Below the pieces are notes generated by a model. It was not told the origin of the DNA. It was given only the letters and a program-made list of their open reading frames with translations, and did not search any database. A DNA stretch of 64,000 bases from contig NC_068981.1 of the NCBI RefSeq assembly GCF_001194135.2, forward strand, positions 68,129,239 to 68,193,238. Direction: 5' to 3'. Position numbers and translations under genes: made by a program. This DNA comes from Octopus bimaculoides (taxonomy: Eukaryota). Positions within the stretch are counted from its first letter, which is position 1; each line of letters starts with the position of its first letter. Below are positions 12,567 through 26,338 of the stretch, in pieces.

Positions 12567-13089
12567 TTTTGTTTGTTAATGAAACTAATGCGAAATTATT
12601 AGATCTTCAACTTCACTAAAAAAATATTACGGAAGTAGAGAATAAAAACAAAGACATAAGGTGAGGTAGATTTTGACGTTTCTTCACTGGCACGTCAGCA
12701 AATCTGTTTCGAAGCATCAGATACAGACTAGACCTTTACTTTTTTTGTTAACAAAAATATCGAAAGTTGACACAGGATTGCAGTTCGAAAACGATATTTA
12801 TTTCTGAGATTGACACGAGGACACTAAGTTTGAGAGATCAGACTTTAGCCTATCAAATCGACTCATTATAAGACTGATTTCAACTCAGGAATTAAAACGC
12901 TCGAACAAATGGTACAAAAATCGTATCTGATGCTTCTATGATTGTGCTCATTGAACTCCCTTAATTGCATACATACACAAACATATCCATACATGCTTTA
13001 CACTCCACACAAATACATGAACGCTTGCACACACATATTAACACACACGAAAAGGCACGTACAGACACACACACACGAAAACACACACG

Positions 13090-13131
<42 letters not shown>

Positions 13132-13612
13132 TATATACATGCATCAATAAATATATATACCTATTCTAAGATAGATATAGTGCAATAACAAATTAGGTAT
13201 TTCTGTGACTATCAATCCATTTTTTGGATCACATTATATTTCTATAGTGACGCGAGGCAGAAGTTTTCAAATTTATTCCTTCTTCAACAACCTCATTAGC
13301 GGGAAATAATTTCTTCTAAGGTTTAGCTGGGATGCGAGAAAAAATCGTTTTGGTAAAATATAAGAATTTTTTTCATTTCGAAAGAAAACAGCCAGTGTGT
13401 ATCACAGACTTGGGCTTTAGGGGATAAAGAAGATGATTTCATTTCAGAAATAGAATGAAGTATTTCATAAACAGAATAGATGAAATTTAAGTAACCTATT
13501 GACAAATATTACTGCCCTCTCCTTCAATTTTATGTACATGTGTTTACAATATGTACACAATATAAGTACATATGTATGTGTGTATATGTGTATGCGAGGG
13601 TATGTTTAAGAA

Positions 13613-13644
<32 letters not shown>

Positions 13645-16600
13645 NNNNNNNNNNNNNNNNNNNNNNNNNNNNNNNNNNNNNNNNNNNNNNNNNNNNNNNN
13701 NNNNNNNNNNNNNNNNNNNNNNNNNNNNNNNNNNNNNNNNNNNATCAAAAACCTATTAGAATATATAGAGAATATATACAGTTATTTTCACCTGTTTTTA
13801 AAACTAAATATTCACAGATGCTCATTTACTCAAGCTTATACATATACACAAATACTCTTTTTGCGAGTGGTTGAGTGAAGAATATTATAGGTGCATATAA
13901 GTTACAAATGTAATATGTTATATAGAAAATGTGGTTTTACATTAAACTTTTATGTGAAGTATTTCAACGTTTCTCACAAACGCCCAATATACTAAATTAC
14001 TCTTAATATTTCATTTCAACCGAGCCTTTCTAAATATGAAAAAATATTCATTTTAAAATTTTTTTGTGTCTGAGTGTATGTTTTAAAATCTTGTATATTA
14101 TGTGTATAAGTTACAACTTCCCAATAAAGTACATTAAATTCATTGTCAATACTGAAATATAACGAAGTCAATAAAGCTCTTGCTGCTTCCCAAATTCTAT
14201 ATTTCAATTAAAGACTGATAAATTGATGTTATCAGTTAAAATGTTATATATATATTGTCATGCATGTGAACTAATAATTCAAACTATGGATGTATGCAAC
14301 AATTTCATAAAAAAAAAAAAAATTTAATCAAAATTGTAAAACTCTGTGTCAAAATTATTGAGCAGTGTAAATTGTTTTATGGATAACCCTTTAACCTAAA
14401 AGATAATCTGGGCTGTGTCATGCTATAAATGCGAGGGAATTTTAGAAAATAGCTCCTTGGATTGTGTTATCCACCAAACTTGTCTTTCATTAATGAAATT
14501 TCGAGGAAAACTCTAATAATTTTATATTAAAGTTCCATGGATTCAAACCTACTAACACGAATTTCGCTTCATTTTTTTTTTAATCTAAAGAACAAATGAT
14601 AAGTATGTTATACAGTGTTGAAGATTTATTTTCTATCGAATTTGTTTCTTATGGAATATAACTATTGACATATTGCATTATCATAATAAAGCAACATAGA
14701 GAGCCTTTAATTCATGAAACCCTATATGTATCAAGATTATATTATAGTATATAATACTCTCCTAGTTCGATCGTAATCTAACGGCATTTCATCAAGATAG
14801 TGATTTCATTGTCTGATAGGTTATGTTTCATAACAATTCATTGTATATATTCTACTAAGTTCAGATATAAATTAGTACCCAATATCTTAAAAAAATAAAA
14901 TGAATTATTGGTTGAGTGCATAGAAAAGTCTAGTACCAAGAGTGATATTAATGCTTCTAAAAAGAGATTTTTCAACATAAGAGTGGAATAGTCATTCATA
15001 TAGATCAAAATAATAGGTCCTTGTAATTCAGTCAACGATAAGAGAATATTGGTAGATTTGCACATTAAATGTGCGTCTTCATATTATTTCAAGTGTTGTC
15101 GGTTAATAAGAATTTATATAGGCTAGAGGAACTGTATAAAAATAAGCTCTAGGATTTTGACCAGTTGCAATAATATATATATGTATAACTCTGTCCTTAC
15201 TATCTATCTGCCCTTACTATCCTTCCTATCATTATGTATGTTATTGTTATTATTTATATCTTGGTTTAAAGATCATTATCATGAAATTCATTTTTCTCAT
15301 TTTATTTTATCTTTGTAACGTGCTAAAATAGCGTTATAAATTCCGTTAAAAGTTTCCCAGAATCCATTTTGGTGAATAGATTTGGAGTTGTATCCTTACC
15401 ATATCAGTCCATTAAAATTATTATATTATACGTTCGATCGTACTATAAGAATGCCCTCGGATTTAAATAGATAACATATACTTTGAGCATTTTCATTTCG
15501 TTTCTCTGAAAATCCATACCATGCTCTATATATCGAAATGCCGGCTCATTATTCCTGCTATAGAGTAGCTCATGATTTCTCCTATATGATAAAATCGAAA
15601 CATTTTCTTTCGTCTACAATTGTTTATAGTTACGATACGTTGTATCACGAAACATATAATAAGAGACGAAACCATGAAACAATCTGTGAGAAACCCTTTT
15701 TGAAATTACTGAATATATATATTCTTAAATAAAGAATCTGAATCTGATGTTATTACTTAATGTATTGAATCATTTATATTTTAATTCTTTGCATTCATCC
15801 AACATTTTAATCTACAAATCCCATAATAATACCTGCACGCTTAACATTTCATTTCAATATTTTATTGCATTTTCACATATTTTTCAGATGTGACATATGT
15901 AACTTTTCTTCTACTGTTTGTTGTATGAGATAAAAAAAAAAAAGACGTTGGCTGTGGAAGTTTAAATGTCATCTATTATTTGTCAGCCTTCACTGATTCA
16001 ATAACCATTACGTTTGTTATAAAAACATATTTATTTAACTTCAGTTCCGCTTTGAAATAGGGTTTGATGGAATTATACTGAAGGTTTCTATATATCTCAG
16101 GTAGATGATATCAATATGTTTCTTTTCTAAATTCAAAGTACAACTTGCAAGATGTTTGGATAGAGACCGTAGATATATATTTATTTGTATGATATTCGAA
16201 GAAATTTAGTGTGTTATTGATTTTTAACCCCAATATATTATCTTAGAGTATTCGATCTCACGAAGCAATTTCCAAACCTAAACTCTTCCAATTATAACTT
16301 ATTAGTGTTTAAAAATACAAACACGCAATGAATAAAAATAGGAAGAATAAATGTATTATTATGCAATATTTACAATCGGTGGAGGGAGGGCACAAGACCA
16401 ATATAATTCTCATATTTGTAAGGAAATTAATTCTGCATAATCAACATAAATATATCTTCAATGCAGACCAGAAATAAATATATACGTTCAAATGTACGTA
16501 TGAATATGTGTGTATGTGCGTGTGTTGAGTACATTTCATAACTAAATATCTTTTGTGAAAACACTGATCTTTACGTAAAACTACTTAATGCCGACGTGAA

Positions 16601-16998
16601 GTTAAACCAGCTAAAGAGATTATTACCGTTTCGTTTTCTCTTTAGCTGACTTCAACTAACTTGTCTGTCAGTAAACGAATGTGAAGCTATTAATTATCAA
16701 TTCATGAGAGTGAGCCTGTATAGATATACGATTTTGAAAGCATCCTTTTAAACGGATACTTGTTTTGATTATTCATTATCATTATATTTTGTGATGTCTC
16801 TACGTGTGTAATACAGATTTACATTTCTGTCATAACTGTCCACAATAACTCGCTTTTAGTAATGTGTTATTATTCATGCTACTTTATATAACATCCGTTC
16901 TGAATGTATAACATGTAAGTCAATTGTTGTTCATCAATATTTCTGCATTTTCTGTTTTCCTTATACATACATACATATATACATACATACATATATAC

Positions 16999-17032
<34 letters not shown>

Positions 17033-20000
17033 NNNNNNNNNNNNNNNNNNNNNNNNNNNNNNNNNNNNNNNNNNNNNNNNNNNNNNNNNNNNNNNNNNNN
17101 NNNNNNNNNNNNNNNNNNNNNNNNNNNNNGTATATATATATATATATATATATACATACACGTCCACCATCTGTCCGAAGTGAGATAGGCCAATGACCAA
17201 CGTTCGATTGGTCAATTGAAATTTAAAAACAAAAGACCAGCTATTTAGATGGTTATACGGCGTACGATTAGTAAATAAATGATTGGGAAAATGGAGTATG
17301 TTGTAAGGGGCCCTCAAACGCTTAGGCCCGTATGTACTAGATTAGAAACATATTCGGACATTTAGGAAGTAAGACGGTTGGGGTGAAAATGGTCCAAAAG
17401 TATTTTTTTTAATAAGAAGGTGAAATTAGTAACAATGAGAGGAATTTATTTCGTAAGAAGATTAGGGAAATATTTATGGTTAGGGGGAGGTAATAACTAG
17501 GGTAAATGGCCTAAATTAAAGATTGCTGATCTGCCATGCAGTGCACCTAATCAGTTAGCTGACTAGCCCAATAGACAGCTAATTTCAGAGCTAAGTGTCT
17601 AAACATTCTATAAATCAGTCAGCCTAGTGGTCAATTAAATAAGTAAAGGTAAATATCCCTAATTAAATTAATGATTATAATTCATAATTACAAATTAAAA
17701 AAAAAATTGCAAGTTATTCTTACAGATGCAGGCTCTTACCACAATTTGCTCATGCTTTCATGCACACAAAATAAATCATCACAACATGAATATGGCTATG
17801 AATCAACGGTTTGTATTCTTACAGTTCCATTGTCATGCAATGTGAAGACATTTGGATACGATTGAAATGTACGTAATCATGTGTGAATTTTACACTAAGG
17901 TACATTCCCCCTTATCATCCAAAGCGAGAAAAGTATTAACAGGAATTAGGATTGTTACAATGTCATAAATATTGACGGCTCTTAAATATCATGTAAAGTT
18001 TTGTTGGTTTACACTGTTTTAATCAATCGTCCTTGAAAAGTTAAACCACATATACTAGTGAATAAGAATTAACAAGTCAAAAACATCCGAAATATGAAAA
18101 GTATTTTCATTGAATATTTTTCTATCTCCAACTGCAACTGTTAAAGTATCTTGAAAAAAGAAATATTAAACTACCTGTACGTATGTGGTTTTATGTGTAA
18201 GCGTGCATATGCATTCGTTAATAAAAAAAAAATGGATGTGCAAATTGTGTGTATGTAATTACTGAAGCGATGTCCCTATGTGGTTTCGACTAATTTTCAG
18301 ATCAGCGCTGATTATTCATGTGTAAGCATGATAATTTCGCTTTTCTTTTTCTGTTCTACACTTTTGCCCCATGCATTTGTTCGCTTGAAATTTAACTCTA
18401 TGCAAATTGCAGGGAATGTTTGCATAATAGAATATTTGACTGAAAAACAAACGGAAAATAATAAACAGATGTGTACGAGATCCCACTTCAGAAATATTTG
18501 ATAGGCTGTGAATTAATTATCTCAATTTTTTGATTTTATTTCTGTTTATCATACAATAATTACTGTTGGGAATTAGTATTTAATGGCCTTTGCATAATCT
18601 GTTTATTACACATCACCTCCAATTGATGGTGAACTGAAGCTTACATAACCTATGTTGCAAGTGATACTGAGCCTTAATTTATTTCTTGACATCTGCTTCG
18701 CTCGTGAAGGCACAAATAATACATAAGCAAATTTCCAAGCAAATTTCACATGACCTACCTAGTAGCTAGTAACCTAAATTGTATTTTATTAGATTATTAT
18801 AGAACTGAATTTTTTTGGTGTTTATACTTTTCCAGTATGTGTATAGAATCTAAGTTCCAACTGGCAACTGAATTACGATAAATAATATTTTGAAAACGTT
18901 TGAACCTGTTTCCCATTTTATTTTACTTTTATTATTCTGATCAATATATATTGTAAATATCAGAAAATCATTATCTTGGATATCTGATCATATCCCTTCT
19001 CTAAAGAAATCATAGCTTGGTTAAGGTAATATTTTGTTATTGATTGGGGATTATTTCCAGAGCAATTTATGTTTATTTTTCAGAAACATAATTCATCTAT
19101 ATTTGCAAGAAATAGAGTGAAATCTGGAACGGATACAGTTCCTAGTTTATGCGCTTTACGTTATTCTTTTTTCGGAAATCTCACAGGAAACCAGAAAGGC
19201 TACCACTGTCTACGTAATATTGCTACCGCAAGTAATTTCCTGAAGCTTCTGTACATTACTACGCGATTACATTTCTTAACACTACACTGTCATCATTGTA
19301 ACAGCTACATGCAGGTTGCTTGTTTTTTCGATATAAATTTATATGTTCCTAATATAACTATATGATTGTTAAACATTGCTATAGTAGTTATATTTGGACA
19401 TATATAAGCTTCATCTATATATCATTTTTCATAAACGGAAGAAGACTACATGCAGGAGTATAATATATATAAAGATACATTTCAACTATAATAAATTTTG
19501 TGGCATATGTCACAATAATTACTGCAGGTTTCAATTTTCTCATTATTTGTGGAACTGGGTAGTTGCGTTTGTATAAGATAAGACCAATACAGAGGCCAAT
19601 ACAGAGGCTAAAAACGGAACCACATACATATTTTAACAGGCAAATACTACTTAAATTTAATCATAAATTTTGATCGGGTGTTGAAAAATACAGTATGTCG
19701 CATGTTCGTTAAAACTCATACTTAAGAAAGAATCTTTAAAGGAAAAAAATGAAAGTATGAATTTGGTGTTTATAAATACTGCAATAACTTTCACAGCATT
19801 AAAAAAAAAAAACATATCAAAGATTGTTACACGCTACAAGTTCAGTATTCGTACATTTATTGATTCCAACGAGAATTCGAACCTTTCTTTTAAAGAATCT
19901 TACTTTTAATGAAATTTCTTTAAGACAATTGATAACGAATGACGTTCCACTAGAGTTTTGTAGTACCAAATACGATCTTATTTCCATACTCAAATATTAA

Positions 20001-20084
20001 TTCTTCTGCTTCATAGATGAAGGGCGGCTGAAACATTTGTAGGTTTTCTTAGACTCTCTCGGGGAATGTGACCAAATGAGGCCT

Positions 20085-20195
20085 ATTTTTCAACACCATT
20101 CCCCTTTCTCTACACATGCTTACTTCATCCCAGTGCTTGGATACAACTGGTAAAGAAGCTTTCATCCCGTCGGTCAAAAAAAAATCATGAAAATG
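20085..20195 (-). mobile_element. Mariner transposase C-terminal remnant
   Basis: Minus strand approximates FFD...ESFFTSCIQAL...KHV.RKG.GVEK, the usual mariner C-terminus. Short and decayed. Confidence 0.4.
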
Positions 20196-20757
20196 TATGA
20201 AAACATCTATGAATTTAACATTGGAAAAATGAGAAGATATAGTAATTTTGAGGTCTAAATAATCCTAAATTTATCGACTGTATGTACATCACAGTCGTAA
20301 TATATGCCCAAACCATCGTCATGGTCAACTATGTAAATCTGGCTCTTATGTTTATCTTTTAAATTTCCAAACCAAACTACGACAGTGCAGCTAATTGCGC
20401 AGTGTGGTAGTAGAGTCTGTAATTCTGGTATTAGTATTCATTGTATATTTTAATGTACTAGTAATCATACTATTTTTTTGATATTATTGTATATATACCT
20501 ATATTAGCTTCATTATATGTAGTAGAATTGGTGTCGCGCAAAATTGGATCAAATAAATCATTACTGACTTTATACATATACTTAGTCTCATTAGAGAATG
20601 CGAATTAGTGCTTAGAGCCTTTAAAATTATTGATGTCAAAGTTTGCTTACGCTTGAAAAGTGTTATAGTACATAATGGAATTTTATATCAGTTAATAAAT
20701 CAAGAAGGTCTGCTTGAAGATTAGCTAGATCTGTAAACACTCTCTCTGTAAACTCTC

Positions 20758-20797
<40 letters not shown>

Positions 20798-23700
20798 CCT
20801 ATGTATGCATGTATATATGTATATATATATTTAAGAAAAATGGAGACAAACGTTCAATGTTATTTAAATCATTTATGCTAATATAAATGATATGAATAAC
20901 ACTTTGATCTTTTGTTTCCATTTTCAATTATTCTTATGTACTCCAAAGCAAGAGAATTAACTCCCACGCAAGTGTGCTCGCTAATTCCTAGGGCGCTTAT
21001 GTGACATCTGGGTACCTTGTAATTGTTCATCTGGGTCTGGATCTTTCGTATAATTTGAACATTCATATATATATATATAAGCCTGAGTGATAGCATTTCG
21101 AATAATGATCAATTCTCTAAATATAAGTTTGGTACTATTGTATCCTTCTTGTTGCAGTCTTAATTAATACTAATTCATCAAATCGTCGGACTGAGTGTCA
21201 GCGAAATTCCAAGAGAAAGAAAAACGACTGTGAAGCAGAAATATACAACGGCAAATGTACAGAGTTATGCTCAAATGTAACTTGGAGTGTTAATTATATC
21301 CGCAGAAACATTTAAAGAAAACCGTATTGAATTGTAACTTGAGAGGCTAACATGCTATAAACCCATAAAGTACTATGAATTTGGACTTCCGAATCATCCT
21401 AAAATCTAAGACAAAAGAAAACTAACAAAGCAGTCGCTTTGTACCACAATCCTTTCTGTTGGCCAGTTTGTTTGCTTCGTTTGTAACTCGTTGTCTGGAT
21501 TAGAGTGCCATAAGAAACATAAAGAAGGGAACTTAGAGAAGAGGTGTTCTTACCCATCCCTACGTCGACCAGATAATCCATTAATATGAGTGTGTATGTG
21601 TGTTGAATAAGATAGGTGATGGAATGGAGAAATTTTGTCCCTCACAGTCAATGAATTCATTGACACATCACTTGGGCTCCCAAACATAAGCTGCCTTTCC
21701 GTACGTGCGTAAGTTTAAAACGATTCATATTCCAACCTACTGTATTTTGAAACTCATCCGTGAAAGCGATGTTTATGGCATGAAAGTAAGGTTTCTTTTT
21801 ATGAGATTTTAAAATTCTCAATTTAAATAATAAAAGAATATTTACGGTAACGAAAAGCATGAAGGAAACCTAAGCACATTAATTCTTTTCTCAGCAGAGC
21901 AACAAATGGCTGAGAAAGTTAAAATAGCAGTTACACATTTTTGCTGCAGATCATATCTATATTTATCCTGTTTAAAGGAAGTAAAAATAAATCAAAATTA
22001 TATGAAAAGAAAATATTAAAAAATATAGTATTTTCATAACAGAGTGCCGAGAATCTGTGTGAGTGAAAGAAAACTCACACAGAGAAATGTTTTCAACGAT
22101 GCTCGGGTATAAGAAATACATGACACATTCGATTAATACCTTTTATATTGCTTTCTTTCTTTTACACATTAAATTAAGAGAAGAATAACAGGCAAAAAAG
22201 GGAAAAAGTAGTAGAAAAATAAATAAACAAAACGTGTGAAGTAATGTTTTGTCATGAAATCTCAGGTGAGGCTTAATCAGTTTATTGCGAGAAATATTTT
22301 TGAATGATCATATATATTGCTTATAAAGGCATCAGATATTAATCAATAAACGATACAAGAATTAGATTGAGCAGGAGAGTGGAAAGATAATGTACAAAAT
22401 CATAAAGAAATTATCTTTAAAAACACTACAAAAAAACAACAAACACTATATAGTGTTTATTTTATAAAAAGTAAAGCATTTAGGGAACTGTTTCAAGAAA
22501 TGAAGACATACATAGAAATATTGAAAGCGAGAAATGAGAGATTTGAAGAGTATATATATATATANNNNNNNNNNNNNNNNNNNNNNNNNNNNNNNNNNNN
22601 NNNNNNNNNNNNNNNNNNNNNNNNNNNNNNNNNNNNNNNNNNNNNNNNNNNNNNNNNNNNNNNNNNNNNNNNNNNNNNNNNNNNNNNNNNNNNNNNNNNN
22701 NNNNNNNNNNNNNNNNNNNNNNNNNNNNNNNNNNNNNNNNNNNNNNNNNNNNNNNNNNNNNNNNNNNNNNNNNNNNNNNNNNNNNNNNNNNNNNNNNNNN
22801 NNNNNNNNNNNNNNNNNNNNNNNNNNNNNNNNNNNNNNNNNNNNNNNNNNNNNNNNNNNNNNNNNNNNNNNNNNNNNNNNNNNNNNNNNNNNNNNNNNNN
22901 GTGTGTGCATGTGTGAGTGCGTGTGAGTGTTTTTGCTAGTGGATAGGGACATTTCTAAGTGTTTGTGAAAGACGAATGAGAAAGGAATGCTCACAAACAT
23001 ATGTAGGTAAATAGGCACGAAGATAGGGAAATAGGAAAAATAATCAATGCGCAAATGAGATATACATTAAAATTTAAAAAAAAGAGTAAAATCTAAATTG
23101 AATATTCGCTATATTAATGGCTCAAAGGTGAACTATTTTTCATACAGTGAGTAGAATATGCTAAGCTATTCCTATCCTACAGAAAGAAATCAAATAAAAA
23201 GCAAAAGTATGCTCTTTCGGAATTAACATGTGTTTAAATAATGAACGTTTTACAATTGATATATACCTTTGGGATATGGATTCTCAACTGAGAATAGCTG
23301 CAGGATGGGGATATGATCTGAAACCTGCATCAAGGAATGACAGCCTACCTGAATGAATAGCTCAGTCAGTTTTTCCTCTCTTGAGCATGTTTTATTTGAC
23401 ATTTTTCCCCACTCCTCTCTATTTCATTCTCCCTTGATTCAGGCCATTCTTCTCGGAAGTGCTGAAAAGCATATTTTGTGATCTTGACATTTTTGTGAGC
23501 ATTAGGAATTCAGAATTCATATTTTTTATTATCAACACAGGGAATCTTAGAAAAATTTTGGTATACAATACAGTAGAAAAGTATTTGCTGCTTGATGAAG
23601 ATGTGTGACGGATCTATTAACAGATGCAAAATATATTGTTGATATTTCTGCTTCTGAAACCACAATGCTTTCCAAATATAACCAATCAGTATCTGAGCTG

Positions 23701-24149
23701 GTTCATTATTCCAACAGTGTATAGCAAGACAATACTCCTTCACTCTGCAATAAGAGGTAGCAGCCGTAAGTTTCAAGGATTTTTTATTTATTTAATACGA
23801 AAAAAACTGTTATATGATTCATTACTACAGCATTATCAATTACGGGTTGACTCATGCCCTCCGCAGGTTTTTCATACAGATAAAATCGATCAAATTCTGG
23901 TTATACCCAAACAGCTGGAAAGTGCCATCGTTGGTTTGGAAAATTGATCCATCACCCATTTAAGTCAGTGATTCTCTATGTTGTGTCTGTATGTGCGAGC
24001 TTATTTATTCTAAAATATTCCACAACTGAATTTTGCAAGCTATTGCCTAAAATAAACGATGCACGTGTTCTGTTAGTTGTCTTACGTGCCGTGAAATATT
24101 ACACATTTTGTGCATAGTCACCTTTTCTACTCTACGCACGAAACCCGAA

Positions 24150-24560
24150 CTATTTGGGAAGTGAGGATACGGGAAAGTCGATTAGATGGAAGCCAGTACG
24201 CAACCGGTGCTTAATTTCTCGACCTCGAAAAGATGAAATTCAAAATTGACCTTGGCGGAATTTGAAGTCAGAACGTAAGGACAAACGAAATACCGCTAAG
24301 CGTTTCGCCCGGCATGCTAACGTTTCTTATTTCTTTATTCCCACAAGGGGCTAAACATAGAGGCGACAAAGAAGGACAGGCAAAGGGATTAAGTCTATTA
24401 GGTCAACCACAGTGCCTTACTGGTACTTAATTTATCGACCCCGAAAGGATGAAATGCAAAGTCGACTTCGGCGGAATTTGAACTCAGATCGTAACGGCAG
24501 ACGAAATGTCGCGAAGCATTTCGCCCGGCGTGCACACGTTTTTGCCAGGTCGCCGCCTTA
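24150..24560 (-). mobile_element. Two SINE family A copies, the second abutting or inserted into the head of the first
   Basis: Repeated GAAAGATGAAA...GGCGGAATTTGAA...GACGAAAT...CATTTCGCCCGGC. Junction at about 24326 (CTAACGTTTC|TTATTTCTTTATTCCCACAAGG). Confidence 0.85.
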
Positions 24561-25429
24561 CTTCGTGTATAGCAATGTTATCATGGACATGGTTTTGAAT
24601 GTTCTTTTATGAAGGTAGTACATATTGTGGTGTTCGTTACATTTTCAAATACATCCCTTATGTATTTTGCTTACAACTGATTCACTAATGTTTATTTGCA
24701 TATTGGTTATCGCTGCCTTGTATTTCAGGTTTTTGCTTTCTAAAATAGTTTTTTGGTAACGAAGTGCGTTAGTTGAGTGTTGAATCAAACCTCCTTCGAG
24801 ACAAACATGAGATCTCTTGACGAAAATGTTTACTTCTTTTGAGTAAGGTATCTTTCGCCCGACGATTAACTAGCAGATTATCCCGCGTTTGGGTAATTGC
24901 TATTTCCGAGGTTGTGCTAGCTATGAAACTCATATAGCCTGGATTTTATCTACTTTAACCCACTAATATATATGAGATAATGGAGTTGAAAGATGATTAT
25001 TTATTAATGAAATGATACTTCATACTTCCTACAGCTGTTTAAATTGCGTCTATTTAATAAATTACAAATTTGTTGTTTAAATTTGCATTTTTAAGTAATA
25101 AACACTATATTACCACGAAAAAATATATTTAGAAAAAATTACTTTACTTAAAACAGAAAACAAAATAACTCGCCTTCATAGAGCAAAATAACATATAGTA
25201 ATAAATTATATAATATACTATTCATATAATATCTCCTAACATTTAGGAGATCTGTGACCTATTGATATAACAGAATAGAGTTATTGAAAATGTCTAGTAA
25301 TCATATCTATAAGCAATGATTGAAATTACTGTTAATTACACCAGTTTTTATACATAATATATTCGACTTTATTACCTGTAATTAAAAACTAATATTATAA
25401 CAATATCCTAAACAATGCCGAAGGTGCAA

Positions 25430-25527
25430 CGTCGTGGCACCTTGAGCAAGTGTCTTCTACTTTAGCCTCGGGCCGACCAAAGCCTTGTGAGTGGATTTGG
25501 TAGACGGAAACTGAAAGAAGCCCGTCC
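25430..25527 (+). mobile_element. CORE-like SINE central segment
   Basis: GTGGCACCTTGAGCAAGTGTCTTCTACTTTAGCCTCGGGCCGACCAAAGCCTTGTGAGTGGATTTGGTAGACGGAAACTGAAAGAAGCCCGTC followed by (TA)n. Confidence 0.8.
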
Positions 25528-25529
25528 TA

Positions 25530-25564
<35 letters not shown>

Positions 25565-26298
25565 NNNNNNNNNNAACAAAACAGTATTCTGCATTTATAC
25601 TAACTGAATATTAATAATTTTTACTTTATATTAACATATTTTTCACCTATTATCTTACGTTAATATTAATTTTAAGTCATTATTAGCGATATTCAATAAT
25701 TGGATAATAATATAGATGAACCTAAATCCCATATGTTGACAATACCTCGAAATTCTCTCTATAAACTACATTTATGATGTCGTAATGCTCTATACTTCTA
25801 TCTATCCAGAATGTAAGCAAATAATATATTCACCGTGGTGATTATATGTTAGAGGCTTATTATTTCATGTAGATGTATTTAATAGAAGGATTAATTTAAC
25901 AATGCTTAAATATAAATAAATACTAACGAAATAAAGGTTATAATGCGTATATGTGTATATGAACCTATGCCCCACGTACATTTATATCACCGAAATAAGC
26001 AAGAGAATATCAAGCAGTGATGCAGTGCAACAGTTTCAAGCGCCCCCATTCAATTGAACAATGCAATCATTACATCAACTTAAATGTAGTGCTATCTTCA
26101 ACTCCATAAATAAATTAATAGAATTTTAACTGGTAGGGCATATTAATATAATTTTTCTCAAATATTTTAACAGAGAAAGATGGAAGAAATTCATGTTGCC
26201 GCTATTGCAGCTAAGAATTGACTCTCTCGCTCTCTCTCTCTCTCTCTCTCACTCTCTCCATTTCTCTCTCTCTCTCTCGCTTTCTCTCTCCTTCTCTC

Positions 26299-26338
<40 letters not shown>

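Noticed and set aside
12711-12936. 14-bp inverted repeat GAAGCATCAGATAC / GTATCTGATGCTTC
   Set aside because: No TSD, no further arm similarity, and a single occurrence. Insufficient for a MITE call.
16608-16648. 12-bp inverted repeat with 17-nt loop
   Set aside because: The outer stem is irregular, and a stem this short can arise by chance in a window this size.
21647-21664. Perfect 18-bp palindrome GTCAATGAATTCATTGAC (also shorter ones near 46070, 48347, 54286)
   Set aside because: Short AT-rich palindromes are expected by chance and there is no supporting context.
23750-24140. Possible mariner 5' TIR region
   Set aside because: Too decayed, with no partner TIR or translatable transposase motif.
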